From a virus (Duplodnaviria; Caudoviricetes), in IMG/VR virus record IMGVR_UViG_3300002137_000145, positions 2,966-66,965 of that record: a DNA stretch of 64,000 nt. The stretch is one strand, 5' to 3'. Both the position numbers and the translations under genes were made by a program. This document shows, piece after piece, positions 18,540 through 26,778 of this stretch. The notes beneath the pieces are model-generated. The model was not told the origin of the DNA and did no database searches. It saw only the letters and a list, made by a program, of their open reading frames with translations. Each line of letters starts with the position of its first letter. The stretch's first letter is position 1.

Positions 18540-19631
18540 ATGAGCAACAATATTGATCAAGCATTAGCAGCACTCGGAGATGCATTAAAAGGCATCGAGC
18601 AGACATCTGCGCCGAGCCCGAAAGAAATCGCCCGAAAACTTCCGTTAAGATCCTTAACGGGAGACCATATCAACGGGGGCAAAATACAAAACTTTGCCAG
18701 TGCCGGTATTACCGACACATCGACAAAAACACAATTAACAATAGATGACTTTGGCGTACATGCTAAGTCGTTAACTGTTGACAGTTTAGAAAATTTAACA
18801 GTTGGCGGCACATTAAAAGTTAATATTCTAGAAGTTAAAGAACTCAAAGCAGATATTAAATTTGAGAAAGATATTCCTATTACATTTTCCGGAGACCAAC
18901 TAGACGGTAAAGGTCTACTATGGGCAGGTAAAGGAAATACTAAACAATTCATTTTTGCTAGCAACCCGGATCGATTCTTTGTATCTGAAAATATCGATTT
19001 CGCTAAAGGCAAGAGTATCACTGTTAACAACATTAAGTTAATAGATGAAAAAGAACTTGGTCCGACTATTACTAAAAGTAATCTAAGAGAAGTTGGTAGG
19101 TTAAAAGGACTACTTGTAGATGGCAGCGTTGTCATTGACCAATATATTGTTTATAACAGTGATACTAATAGATTAGGGTTAGGTATCGAAGAACCTAATG
19201 CTGCATTTAGTGTTGCTGAAGACGGTGTAGAAGTTGTTATGGGATCTATCAATGGCGTTAGAGGATTTATAGGAACTTACGCTAGTCATAACTTAGAAAT
19301 TGTCACAGACAATACAGCAAGGATTACTGTAGAAGCTGCAGGAAATATAATTTTAGGAAATCCTAATGCTGGTGTTTCTAAAATTACAGTGTTCGGCAAC
19401 ATGGGTATTAATGTAAATAACCCAGATCCAAGAACAGCATTACATGTCAACGGTGCTATTAAATTTAATAACAATGTACATCTAAGCGACACCGAAGCCC
19501 CTACTAGTGGAACTTACACAGTTGGCGATATTGTTTGGAACAGCAATCCGCAACCTGGCAGATTCGTAGGGTGGGTATGCACCAGAGAAGGTGGTCCTGG
19601 ACTATGGAGCGGTTTCGGTAGACTAGAGTAA
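18540..19631 (+). CDS. virion structural / tail-fibre-like protein
   Basis: Fibre-like G-x-[LV]GIG repeats; C-terminal GDIVWNSNP..GWVC...GLWSGFG; late promoter upstream. Confidence 0.6.
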   Translation: MSNNIDQALAALGDALKGIEQTSAPSPKEIARKLPLRSLTGDHINGGKIQNFASAGITDTSTKTQLTIDDFGVHAKSLTVDSLENLTVGGTLKVNILEVKELKADIKFEKDIPITFSGDQLDGKGLLWAGKGNTKQFIFASNPDRFFVSENIDFAKGKSITVNNIKLIDEKELGPTITKSNLREVGRLKGLLVDGSVVIDQYIVYNSDTNRLGLGIEEPNAAFSVAEDGVEVVMGSINGVRGFIGTYASHNLEIVTDNTARITVEAAGNIILGNPNAGVSKITVFGNMGINVNNPDPRTALHVNGAIKFNNNVHLSDTEAPTSGTYTVGDIVWNSNPQPGRFVGWVCTREGGPGLWSGFGRLE

Positions 19632-20227
19632 TGTCCAAGGCTCTAGTCATCGGAAACGGTGAAAGTCGTAGAGGCACAGAACTCGAAAAATACAAACCAG
19701 AATACACTCTTGTTGGGTGCAATGCTGTTCATCGAGACATTGTTGTAGATCATTTGATCTGTTGCGATCGCAGGATGGCAGCAGAATCCACAGACAATCC
19801 ACTTAATTCAAACACTCAGATATATGTGAGACCGAGCTGGTTTCATTTCTTTCGTAAAATAAAAAAGAACAAGAACATAAGAACAGTTCCCGATCTACCG
19901 TATGCTGGAAATATAAAAGTAGACCACCCGGATCATTGGGGCAGCGGAGGATATGCTGTACTAGTAGCTGCTAGTTTAGGATTTAATGAGATAGAACTAA
20001 TTGGGTTTGATCTTTATCCTGTAGATAAATCTGTAAACAACATATACAAAGGCACACCTAACTATGCTAAAGAAGGTGCTCAAGCAGTTGATGCTAGTTA
20101 TTGGGTCTATCAAATAGCTAAGGTTTTTCAATGCTATCCACATATTAAATTTACTGTACGAAATAAACAGTTGTGGAACATGCCTGTAGAATGGCAGAAA
20201 AATAATGTGATTTTTCTTGCATTATAA
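19631..20227 (+). CDS. Maf/GT42 (CstII)-like CMP-sugar-dependent glycosyltransferase fold protein
   Basis: VIGNGES, GCNA, HLICCD, SGGYAVLVAASLGFNEIELIGFD. Confidence 0.6.
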   Translation: MSKALVIGNGESRRGTELEKYKPEYTLVGCNAVHRDIVVDHLICCDRRMAAESTDNPLNSNTQIYVRPSWFHFFRKIKKNKNIRTVPDLPYAGNIKVDHPDHWGSGGYAVLVAASLGFNEIELIGFDLYPVDKSVNNIYKGTPNYAKEGAQAVDASYWVYQIAKVFQCYPHIKFTVRNKQLWNMPVEWQKNNVIFLAL

Positions 20228-20245
20228 ATAAGTTTGCTGTATACT
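20217..20245 (+). promoter_or_regulatory. sigma70 promoter upstream of the queD leader
   Basis: TTGCAT-17 bp-TATACT with TG extension. Confidence 0.7.
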
Positions 20246-20251
20246 TATAGT

Positions 20252-20316
20252 ATGACACACAGCGGACTTTTACGTCATTCATCCCGCTATATAAACTCTG
20301 CATGTCGTCAAACTTG
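20252..20316 (+). ncRNA. structured 5' leader of queD, candidate preQ-type riboswitch
   Basis: AGCGG/CCGCT stem followed by A-rich ATATAAAC; outer ATGACA/TGTCGT helix; possible TTTTACG/CGTCAAA pseudoknot. Confidence 0.45.
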
Positions 20317-20339
20317 CTCATTCATTAAGGAGACTAGAG

Positions 20340-20789
20340 ATGGCAAAATTTTATTCAACAAAACATTACGGACACAACATTGGTCTGTCAGCGGTATTCC
20401 GCCAACCTAACGCAGATCATTCACACTGTCATTTGCTACATGGGTACAGTCTAGCATTTACATTTACATTTGGTTGTGACGCATTAGACAACAAGAACTG
20501 GGCAGTAGACTTTGGAGGACTTAAACCTTTGAAGGCATGGCTAGAAGATAACTTCGATCATAAACTTTGCGCAGATAGAGAAGATCCACTGCTTTATAAA
20601 TTATCAGAACTTGAAGCAAGCGGAATTGCTGAACTAAGATTATTCGACGGCGTTGGCGCAGAAAAGTTTGCAGAACATGCTTGGCGCTTTGCCGATCAAC
20701 TAATACGTGAAAAGACTAACAATCGTTGCTACTGTGTTCGAGTAGAATGTGCTGAACATGGTGCTAATTCGGCTATTTACGAAGCATAA
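20340..20789 (+). CDS. queD: 6-carboxy-5,6,7,8-tetrahydropterin synthase (6-pyruvoyl-H4pterin synthase family)
   Basis: CHLLHGYS, VDFGGLK, FDHK, and C-terminal E...SAIY. Confidence 0.85.
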   Translation: MAKFYSTKHYGHNIGLSAVFRQPNADHSHCHLLHGYSLAFTFTFGCDALDNKNWAVDFGGLKPLKAWLEDNFDHKLCADREDPLLYKLSELEASGIAELRLFDGVGAEKFAEHAWRFADQLIREKTNNRCYCVRVECAEHGANSAIYEA

Positions 20790-20983
20790 TGTATACTATA
20801 GAAAAGATTTGGGCCCGGGCAACCGGGCACTTAATGGGACAGACAGACAACGATCGGCCTGATATTCCTATTCTTACACTAAAAGAAGCTCGTTGGGCTT
20901 TATTCTTTAAAACATTTTGGGTCATTATACACATAGCGACCTGCGGTTTTATTATTGCTAACACTATTAGACACTGGAGTTAA
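20789..20983 (+). CDS. small membrane protein
   Basis: WARATGH motif plus one TM helix; coupled to queD. Confidence 0.65.
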   Translation: MYTIEKIWARATGHLMGQTDNDRPDIPILTLKEARWALFFKTFWVIIHIATCGFIIANTIRHWS

Positions 20984-20985
20984 AC

Positions 20986-21756
20986 ATGAGAATTATTGCA
21001 GGCCCATGTCAACATGAGTCATTAGAACAAAGTATGCACATTGCAGAGCATTGTGCAAGAGTATGTGCCAAATACGGTTTTGAATATTACTTTAAGGCAA
21101 GCTACGATAAAGCAAATCGTACAAGCCTAAATGGCAAGCGTGGACTTGGGTTGGTTCCTACGTTGTCTAGTTTCATAGATATGAAAGAAGAAATTAAAGG
21201 TCTACAGATACTAACTGATGTACACACTGAATCACAGGTTGCTGCAATAGGCGCATGGCCTGACGCAGTTGATGTACTACAGATTCCTGCATTCCTTTGC
21301 CGGCAAACTGATTTGATTCAACGTGCATGTGCTACAGGAAAAATTGTAAACATTAAAAAAGGACAATTCTTAGCGCCCTGGGATGTTGCTGGTATACTAA
21401 GCAAGACTGACGGCGCTAAGGAAGTCTGGATAACAGAAAGAGGAACTAGTTTTGGATATAATACTTTGGTTGTTGACTTTACAGGTCTTGATTTTATGCT
21501 TAATACCTATAGCAATCCTATTATCCTCGATGCTACCCATAGTGTTCAAAAACCGGGAGGCAACGGTTCTTCTAGTGGTGGTAATCGTGAGTATGTGCCT
21601 GGCTTATGTAGGGCAGCTAGTGCTTTAGGTATAACTAATTTCTTTTTAGAAGTTCATCCGGATCCAGACAATGCTCCCAGCGATGGGCCTAATATGATTC
21701 GCCTTGAAGACTTTGAAAAAGTAGTTATAGATATCCACAAGCATATTGATAGATAG
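20986..21756 (+). CDS. kdsA: 3-deoxy-8-phosphooctulonate (Kdo8P) synthase
   Basis: IIAGPC, KASYDKANRTS, QIPAFLCRQTD, KKGQF, ERG, DATHSVQ, SDG. Confidence 0.95.
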   Translation: MRIIAGPCQHESLEQSMHIAEHCARVCAKYGFEYYFKASYDKANRTSLNGKRGLGLVPTLSSFIDMKEEIKGLQILTDVHTESQVAAIGAWPDAVDVLQIPAFLCRQTDLIQRACATGKIVNIKKGQFLAPWDVAGILSKTDGAKEVWITERGTSFGYNTLVVDFTGLDFMLNTYSNPIILDATHSVQKPGGNGSSSGGNREYVPGLCRAASALGITNFFLEVHPDPDNAPSDGPNMIRLEDFEKVVIDIHKHIDR

Positions 21757-22558
21757 TATGGAGTTGTCTAAAGACGAAAACCGGAGGATAAAGAGAGAAG
21801 CAAAAGCAGCCAAGGCATTAGCACGGGCTGGGAAACAGTTAGATTCGCTTGACCCTGCAATATCTATTACTATACTGTGTGTTCGCTTCGGAAACAAGTA
21901 TGGTAGAGAATATGTAGAACGTCTACGTAATATGGTCAGACGACATCTCACTGTCCCATACGAACTTGCTTGCTTAACAGATGACCAGCACCCTATAGAC
22001 GGTGTAAGAACAATATATCAACCCAACGCTCAATATGCAAAGGGGTGGTGGCATAAAGTACACATGTTCGATCCGAACTTACCGTTAAAAGGCAGGATAA
22101 TCTATATGGATTTAGATGTTGTCATCTGCAATAATCTTAACAAGCTAGTTTCATTTAATTCTAACGGGTTTAACGGAATATTAGACTTTAACAGAAAGTT
22201 TCATGCTTCCTGGAATTGTCTTAACAGTTCAGTGATGTCATGGACACACGGCGAAGAAAAATATCTATACGAAAAATTTGTAGCCAAGCCTGGAGATGCA
22301 CAGCGACTACACGGTGATCAAGATTGGATATGGAAACTGAGCAAGGACCGAATAAAGTGGTGGCCTAAAGAATGGATACAGAGTTATAAGTGGGAAATAC
22401 GAAATCGAAGTGAACTTGCTATAATACACGGCAAACGCACGTTTAGAGAAGTTAACAATCAGGTGTTTGTTGATCCAGCATGTTGTATTGCAGTATTTCA
22501 CGGCGATCCTAACCCGTGTGATGTGCAGGATAAATTTGTAGTAGAGAATTGGCGATGA
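21746..22558 (+). CDS. glycosyltransferase-like protein (GT-A fold, DxD)
   Basis: GWWHKVHMF, YMDLDVV, NSSVM, GDQDWI, VFHGDPNP. Confidence 0.65.
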   Translation: MIDSMELSKDENRRIKREAKAAKALARAGKQLDSLDPAISITILCVRFGNKYGREYVERLRNMVRRHLTVPYELACLTDDQHPIDGVRTIYQPNAQYAKGWWHKVHMFDPNLPLKGRIIYMDLDVVICNNLNKLVSFNSNGFNGILDFNRKFHASWNCLNSSVMSWTHGEEKYLYEKFVAKPGDAQRLHGDQDWIWKLSKDRIKWWPKEWIQSYKWEIRNRSELAIIHGKRTFREVNNQVFVDPACCIAVFHGDPNPCDVQDKFVVENWR

Positions 22559-23304
22559 TTTTTATATTTGATGTTGACGGAACACTAACACCTAGTCGAG
22601 GGCGAATAGACAAAGAGTTTGCTGTCTGGTTCAGTAAATTCTGTGAAACAAATATTGTTTACCTTGTCACAGGAAGTGATAGATCTAAAACAGTAGAGCA
22701 GATAGGCGAATACATCTATTCAAAATGTAAACGTGTATATAACTGCAACGGCAACGATGTTTGGGAAGGTGCATTAAATATTCGCACAAACAAATGGGTA
22801 CTACCCGAAAGTCCACACGACTGGCTATCAGAACAACTAACGTCAAGTACATTCATGTTGCGTACAGGACTACATTTTGAACATCGTCCGGGCATGGTAA
22901 ACTTCAGCGTTGTTGGTCGTAATGCTGATAGCGAACAACGAGCAGAATACGTTGTTCATGATGTATTATCCGACGAACGCAACATAATCGCCGACAACTT
23001 TAATCTACTATTTCCAACCCTACAAGCAACTGTTGGTGGTGAAACAGGCATTGACATTGCTCCAGCGGGTGCAGATAAAAGTCAAATACTAGCGGACTTT
23101 GATACACAACAAGAAATACATTTCTTCGGTGATGCTATGCACTCGCAAGGAAACGATTATCCTCTAGCCAAAATAATCGTTGACAACAAACGTGGCATGT
23201 GTTATAATATTATAAATTGGCAAGACACCTGGGAAAGATTAAAGAAATTATGCAAAAACGAATCGGCTTCGCATGTAAATGGATTGATCGTCCCGATCAA
23301 GTAA
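22549..23304 (+). CDS. HAD-IIB hydrolase, eukaryote-type phosphomannomutase-like
   Basis: FDVDGTLT, VTGSD, EHRPGMVNFSVVGR, GGETGIDI, FFGD...GND. Confidence 0.85.
   Translation: MAMIFIFDVDGTLTPSRGRIDKEFAVWFSKFCETNIVYLVTGSDRSKTVEQIGEYIYSKCKRVYNCNGNDVWEGALNIRTNKWVLPESPHDWLSEQLTSSTFMLRTGLHFEHRPGMVNFSVVGRNADSEQRAEYVVHDVLSDERNIIADNFNLLFPTLQATVGGETGIDIAPAGADKSQILADFDTQQEIHFFGDAMHSQGNDYPLAKIIVDNKRGMCYNIINWQDTWERLKKLCKNESASHVNGLIVPIK
23180..23208 (+). promoter_or_regulatory. consensus sigma70 promoter for uvsE, embedded in the HAD gene
   Basis: TTGACA-17 bp-TATAAT. Confidence 0.75.
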
Positions 23305-24308
23305 ACGGAATTAAACCCAAAGATGATTGTAAACAATACAACACAGGGTCTACTACAGTTGCTTGGTTAAATAGACAAACGCAAGAAGTTGCAGAACAAA
23401 AATTGTGGGACTTAATGGTAGGCAATATTGAAGCTTACCGCAAGCTAGTAGAGAAAGTAGGAGAACTACCAAATGAATTACGAATGGTTCGACTCGGCAG
23501 TGATTGCCTTCCTGTCTATACTCAGCGTGATTGGTGTTATTTCTGGAAACGTCCTGATGTGGTCAGCTATTGCGAAAAGCACTTCGCAGCCGTGGGCCAA
23601 ATCGCTAAAGAACGTGATGTACGCTTGTCTATGCACCCTGGCCAGTTTACTGTGCTTGCTAGTGATAATCCAGATATTGTTAGTCGGAGTATAGAAGAGT
23701 TTGAATATCACACGGACATGGTCAGATGGATGGGGTATGGTCAAAGATATCAGGACTTTAAGATCAACGTCCACATCTCCGGTAGAGCCGGTCCAGCCGG
23801 TATCAAAGCTGCCCTCCCACGCCTTACCCCCGAAGCAAGAAACTGCATCACCATTGAGAACGACGAAGTCAGCTGGGGAATTGACAGCAGTCTCGAACTC
23901 CAAAAAGATCTCGCTCTGGTGCTAGATGTACATCATCATTGGGTTAAAACAGGAGAATATATAAATGCAAATGACGACAGGATCAAACGTGTTATTGACA
24001 GTTGGAGGGGCGTTCGTCCTGCTATGCATTATAGTGTTAGTAGAGAAGATTGTCTTGTGGGGCACAGATCAGACCAAAAGCCTGACCTTGCGGCGCTCAC
24101 AGAACAAGGCTACAAAAAAGGGAAGCTCAGAGCCCACTCAGAGTTCTACTGGAATACAGCAGTGAACAAATGGGCTCTGAGCTTCAGAGACGACTTTGAC
24201 ATCATGTGTGAAAGTAAAGCTAAAAATCTAGCCAGCTTCGCACTATACGAAGAGGCTAAGAAACTTACTTCGTCTTTGGCTTGCGGCCGCGAGTTGCAGG
24301 TTTCTTAA
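23250..24308 (+). CDS. uvsE: UV damage endonuclease (UvsE/UVDE)
   Basis: RIGFAC, RLSMHPGQFTVL, INVH, IEND, LDVHHH, HYS, AHS, MCESKAK. Confidence 0.93.
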   Translation: MQKRIGFACKWIDRPDQVNGIKPKDDCKQYNTGSTTVAWLNRQTQEVAEQKLWDLMVGNIEAYRKLVEKVGELPNELRMVRLGSDCLPVYTQRDWCYFWKRPDVVSYCEKHFAAVGQIAKERDVRLSMHPGQFTVLASDNPDIVSRSIEEFEYHTDMVRWMGYGQRYQDFKINVHISGRAGPAGIKAALPRLTPEARNCITIENDEVSWGIDSSLELQKDLALVLDVHHHWVKTGEYINANDDRIKRVIDSWRGVRPAMHYSVSREDCLVGHRSDQKPDLAALTEQGYKKGKLRAHSEFYWNTAVNKWALSFRDDFDIMCESKAKNLASFALYEEAKKLTSSLACGRELQVS

Positions 24309-24543
24309 CAGTGTCTTTAGCTTTGGTAGCTGCTTTTTTAACAGCAGGCTTGGCTTTAGCTACAGACTTAACCACAGCTTCTACAGCCTTGTCGGCTACT
24401 AGCGGAATTATCGTAAAAGCTGCAGGTTCTGGAACTTTGTACGGCGCACTCGGTCTTTGAGCAATTCCAATATCAGAAAAATCCTGAAATGGTGTTTCAG
24501 GAACTGTAGTTCCTGTGAATAGATTTTTAATCCAATTAATCAT
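24265..24543 (-). CDS. small protein with K/A/P-rich basic tail
   Basis: SD AAGGAG and TATAAATA late promoter upstream; tail AKAKPAVKKAATKAK...RGRKPK. Confidence 0.75.
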   Translation of the reverse strand: MINWIKNLFTGTTVPETPFQDFSDIGIAQRPSAPYKVPEPAAFTIIPLVADKAVEAVVKSVAKAKPAVKKAATKAKDTVKKPATRGRKPKTK

Positions 24544-24564
24544 ATAAGTTCTCCTTAGGACAAC

Positions 24565-24581
24565 TATTTATACGGTAAATA
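24565..24581. promoter_or_regulatory. back-to-back divergent late promoters
   Basis: TATTTATACGGTAAATA reads TATAAATA on minus and TAAATA on plus. Confidence 0.7.
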
Positions 24582-24585
24582 CAAC

Positions 24586-25146
24586 ATGGCACTACATTTT
24601 ATTAAAAGTTTAACAGAATCGAAAGATAAACGAGAAATCCGTCAAATTCGTCTTAAATTTAAAAAAGACGAACTAGATCCAGTGATGAGTGAAAATACGG
24701 TTGATTATCACTTCGATGGACTTGCTGCCAAATACTTTGAAAGATACAACGCAGGTGAAGGCGATGCTGACTTTAATTACGGTGGCGCAATGTTGCACAA
24801 CATCTTCTTTACTAATTTAATCCCACCGCAGGCTGCTAATAAACCAGAGGGGATCAGTAAAACTATTATTGAAGAAGTGTACGGATCCTTTGATAAGTTT
24901 AAAGAAGCCTTTGAAAAAGAATTCATGGCGGCACAGGGTTCAAATTGGGTTTATATGGATTATGAAGGAAAGCTACACACTATTCATAATCACGAATACC
25001 GTAAAGGTATGAAAATTGCCCTATTGGTAGATGCTTGGGAACATGCTTGGGCCCTTGACTACCAACAGGACAAAGCCAAATATCTAAAGAATATTTGGAG
25101 AATTATCAATTGGGATGCAGTTGACATCCGACTACAAGGAGAATAA
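24586..25146 (+). CDS. sod: Fe/Mn superoxide dismutase
   Basis: VDYH, MLHNIFF, YGSFDKFKEAF, DAWEHAW..DY, IINW. Confidence 0.9.
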   Translation: MALHFIKSLTESKDKREIRQIRLKFKKDELDPVMSENTVDYHFDGLAAKYFERYNAGEGDADFNYGGAMLHNIFFTNLIPPQAANKPEGISKTIIEEVYGSFDKFKEAFEKEFMAAQGSNWVYMDYEGKLHTIHNHEYRKGMKIALLVDAWEHAWALDYQQDKAKYLKNIWRIINWDAVDIRLQGE

Positions 25147-25148
25147 CT

Positions 25149-25313
25149 ATGGTTAAGAAATGGATTATTGCTAGATTAAGCGAACGTACTACACTCGACG
25201 GTGCTATACTTGTAGGTGCAGGTATTGCATTTTTAATTTTTAAACCTATTGCTAGTTTAGTAGCATACAGTGCCATTGCATACGGTGCATGGACAATTTA
25301 TAAGAAAGAATAA
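25149..25313 (+). CDS. small membrane protein (54 aa, not in the ORF track)
   Basis: MVKKWIIARLSERTTLDGAILVGAG...YGAWTIYKKE; two TM segments; SD AGGAG. Confidence 0.7.
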   Translation: MVKKWIIARLSERTTLDGAILVGAGIAFLIFKPIASLVAYSAIAYGAWTIYKKE

Positions 25314-25315
25314 CA

Positions 25316-25639
25316 ATGATAGAAATTACAGAATCAGCCCAGGATAAAATTGTAGATTTACTTGTATCGGAAAATAATCCTAATTTAAAATTGAGAACAT
25401 ATATACAAGGTGGCGGATGTAGTGGTTTTAACTACGGGTTCACTATGGATGAAGATCAGAACGAAGACGACTTTGAAATTAATATAAAAGGTTTTAAAGT
25501 CCTAATCGATGCTATGAGTTATCCTTACCTAGATGGTGCTACTATAGATTATAAAACAGAAATGTTTAGTAGTCAATTTGTGGTTAGTAATCCTAATGCC
25601 AAAGCAACCTGCGGGTGCGGAACTTCATTCGCCGTTTAA
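25316..25639 (+). CDS. erpA: A-type Fe-S cluster carrier (ErpA/IscA/HesB)
   Basis: GGGCSGFNY, GATIDY, NPNAKATCGCGTSF. Confidence 0.93.
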   Translation: MIEITESAQDKIVDLLVSENNPNLKLRTYIQGGGCSGFNYGFTMDEDQNEDDFEINIKGFKVLIDAMSYPYLDGATIDYKTEMFSSQFVVSNPNAKATCGCGTSFAV

Positions 25640-25658
25640 CATATGCTAAGTTTTAGAT

Positions 25659-26423
25659 ATGAAAAAACGTCCTAGAAAATTAGCGATTTTAATTGTCGGA
25701 GAATACCGATCATTCCAACAATGTAGAAGAACTATGTTGTTTTTAGATCAACCTGATATAGACACAGATATCTATATACATACTTGGTCAAGGACTAATA
25801 CAGTAAATTCCGTTGGAAGATTTGATAGTGAAAGCTACGTTGAACCCATGTATCGAGCGCTATCTCAAGAAGAAATTGTGGCAGATTTAGGAATCGCTAA
25901 CTGTACAGTATCCATAGAGGAGCGGCCTGAAATACATCCTCTTCCGCCTATAGTACATGGATGGCTATCTGGATTCGAAATGATTCGGAGTAATTCCATA
26001 GATTATGATTTTGTTCTTGTGATGCGTCCTGATTTATTTTTTCAAGATGGTGCCTATTTTACTGATACAAAATTTAGAGACTTCAAGGAATACAAGAATA
26101 AACATAAACTCGGAGTGCGATTGCCGGGAAAAATGGCTCCTAATCAGTTAGATGATACATACTTCTTCTCAGCGTATTCTGTTATGGATAAGTTATTAAG
26201 TAATCAACTATCCAAATTTTACACTACATCATACGGGCAAGAAGATCACGCACCAACATGGCATAGATTTTGGTACGACTATGTTAGTGTAATACATAAT
26301 TTATCTATTACTAATATACCTATTCGATCAGAGGGTATCATTGCTAGATATCCAGTAAACGAAAGCTCAACATTTCTCGAAATGAGAAAGCTGTACTACA
26401 AAATATTCAGAGAAAACAATTAG
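25659..26423 (+). CDS. putative glycosyltransferase-like protein
   Basis: LAILIVGEYR, DIYIHTW, YDFVLVMRPDL, DDTYF. Confidence 0.5.
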   Translation: MKKRPRKLAILIVGEYRSFQQCRRTMLFLDQPDIDTDIYIHTWSRTNTVNSVGRFDSESYVEPMYRALSQEEIVADLGIANCTVSIEERPEIHPLPPIVHGWLSGFEMIRSNSIDYDFVLVMRPDLFFQDGAYFTDTKFRDFKEYKNKHKLGVRLPGKMAPNQLDDTYFFSAYSVMDKLLSNQLSKFYTTSYGQEDHAPTWHRFWYDYVSVIHNLSITNIPIRSEGIIARYPVNESSTFLEMRKLYYKIFRENN

Positions 26424-26707
26424 TATTTCCCCACAGGCAAAGTAGTAGACGCAAGCTGATCCCAGATTTGTTTCTGTTCTACTCCTTTACGCTGTGCAAA
26501 TCTCTTAGCATCACAATTAGAACAACAATGAAAATAATTGTTGCTTAATCGTTTTCGATCTATTGATTTTAGATCTCTAGTAAATTTAATGTCGCAATTA
26601 TCACAACCAAAGACCGCAATGGTCTTTTTTCTTGTGTAGTTGTGTTCATGGCCGCACTTGCTGACACGTTTATAACTGGTTTCTTCTGTTAAAGTTTTTA
26701 AGAACAT
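26420..26707 (-). CDS. small Zn-binding protein
   Basis: CDNC and CSNC pairs; TAAATA 4 nt upstream of ATG. Confidence 0.7.
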   Translation of the reverse strand: MFLKTLTEETSYKRVSKCGHEHNYTRKKTIAVFGCDNCDIKFTRDLKSIDRKRLSNNYFHCCSNCDAKRFAQRKGVEQKQIWDQLASTTLPVGKY

Positions 26708-26711
26708 AGTG

Positions 26712-26747
26712 TATTTACATCCGGCTTATAAAACTTTGGGCTAAATA
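26712..26747. promoter_or_regulatory. divergent late promoters
   Basis: TAAATA on minus at 26712-26717 and on plus at 26742-26747. Confidence 0.65.
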
Positions 26748-26778
26748 TTGTAGCAAACTGCTTATTCTAGGATGAAAA

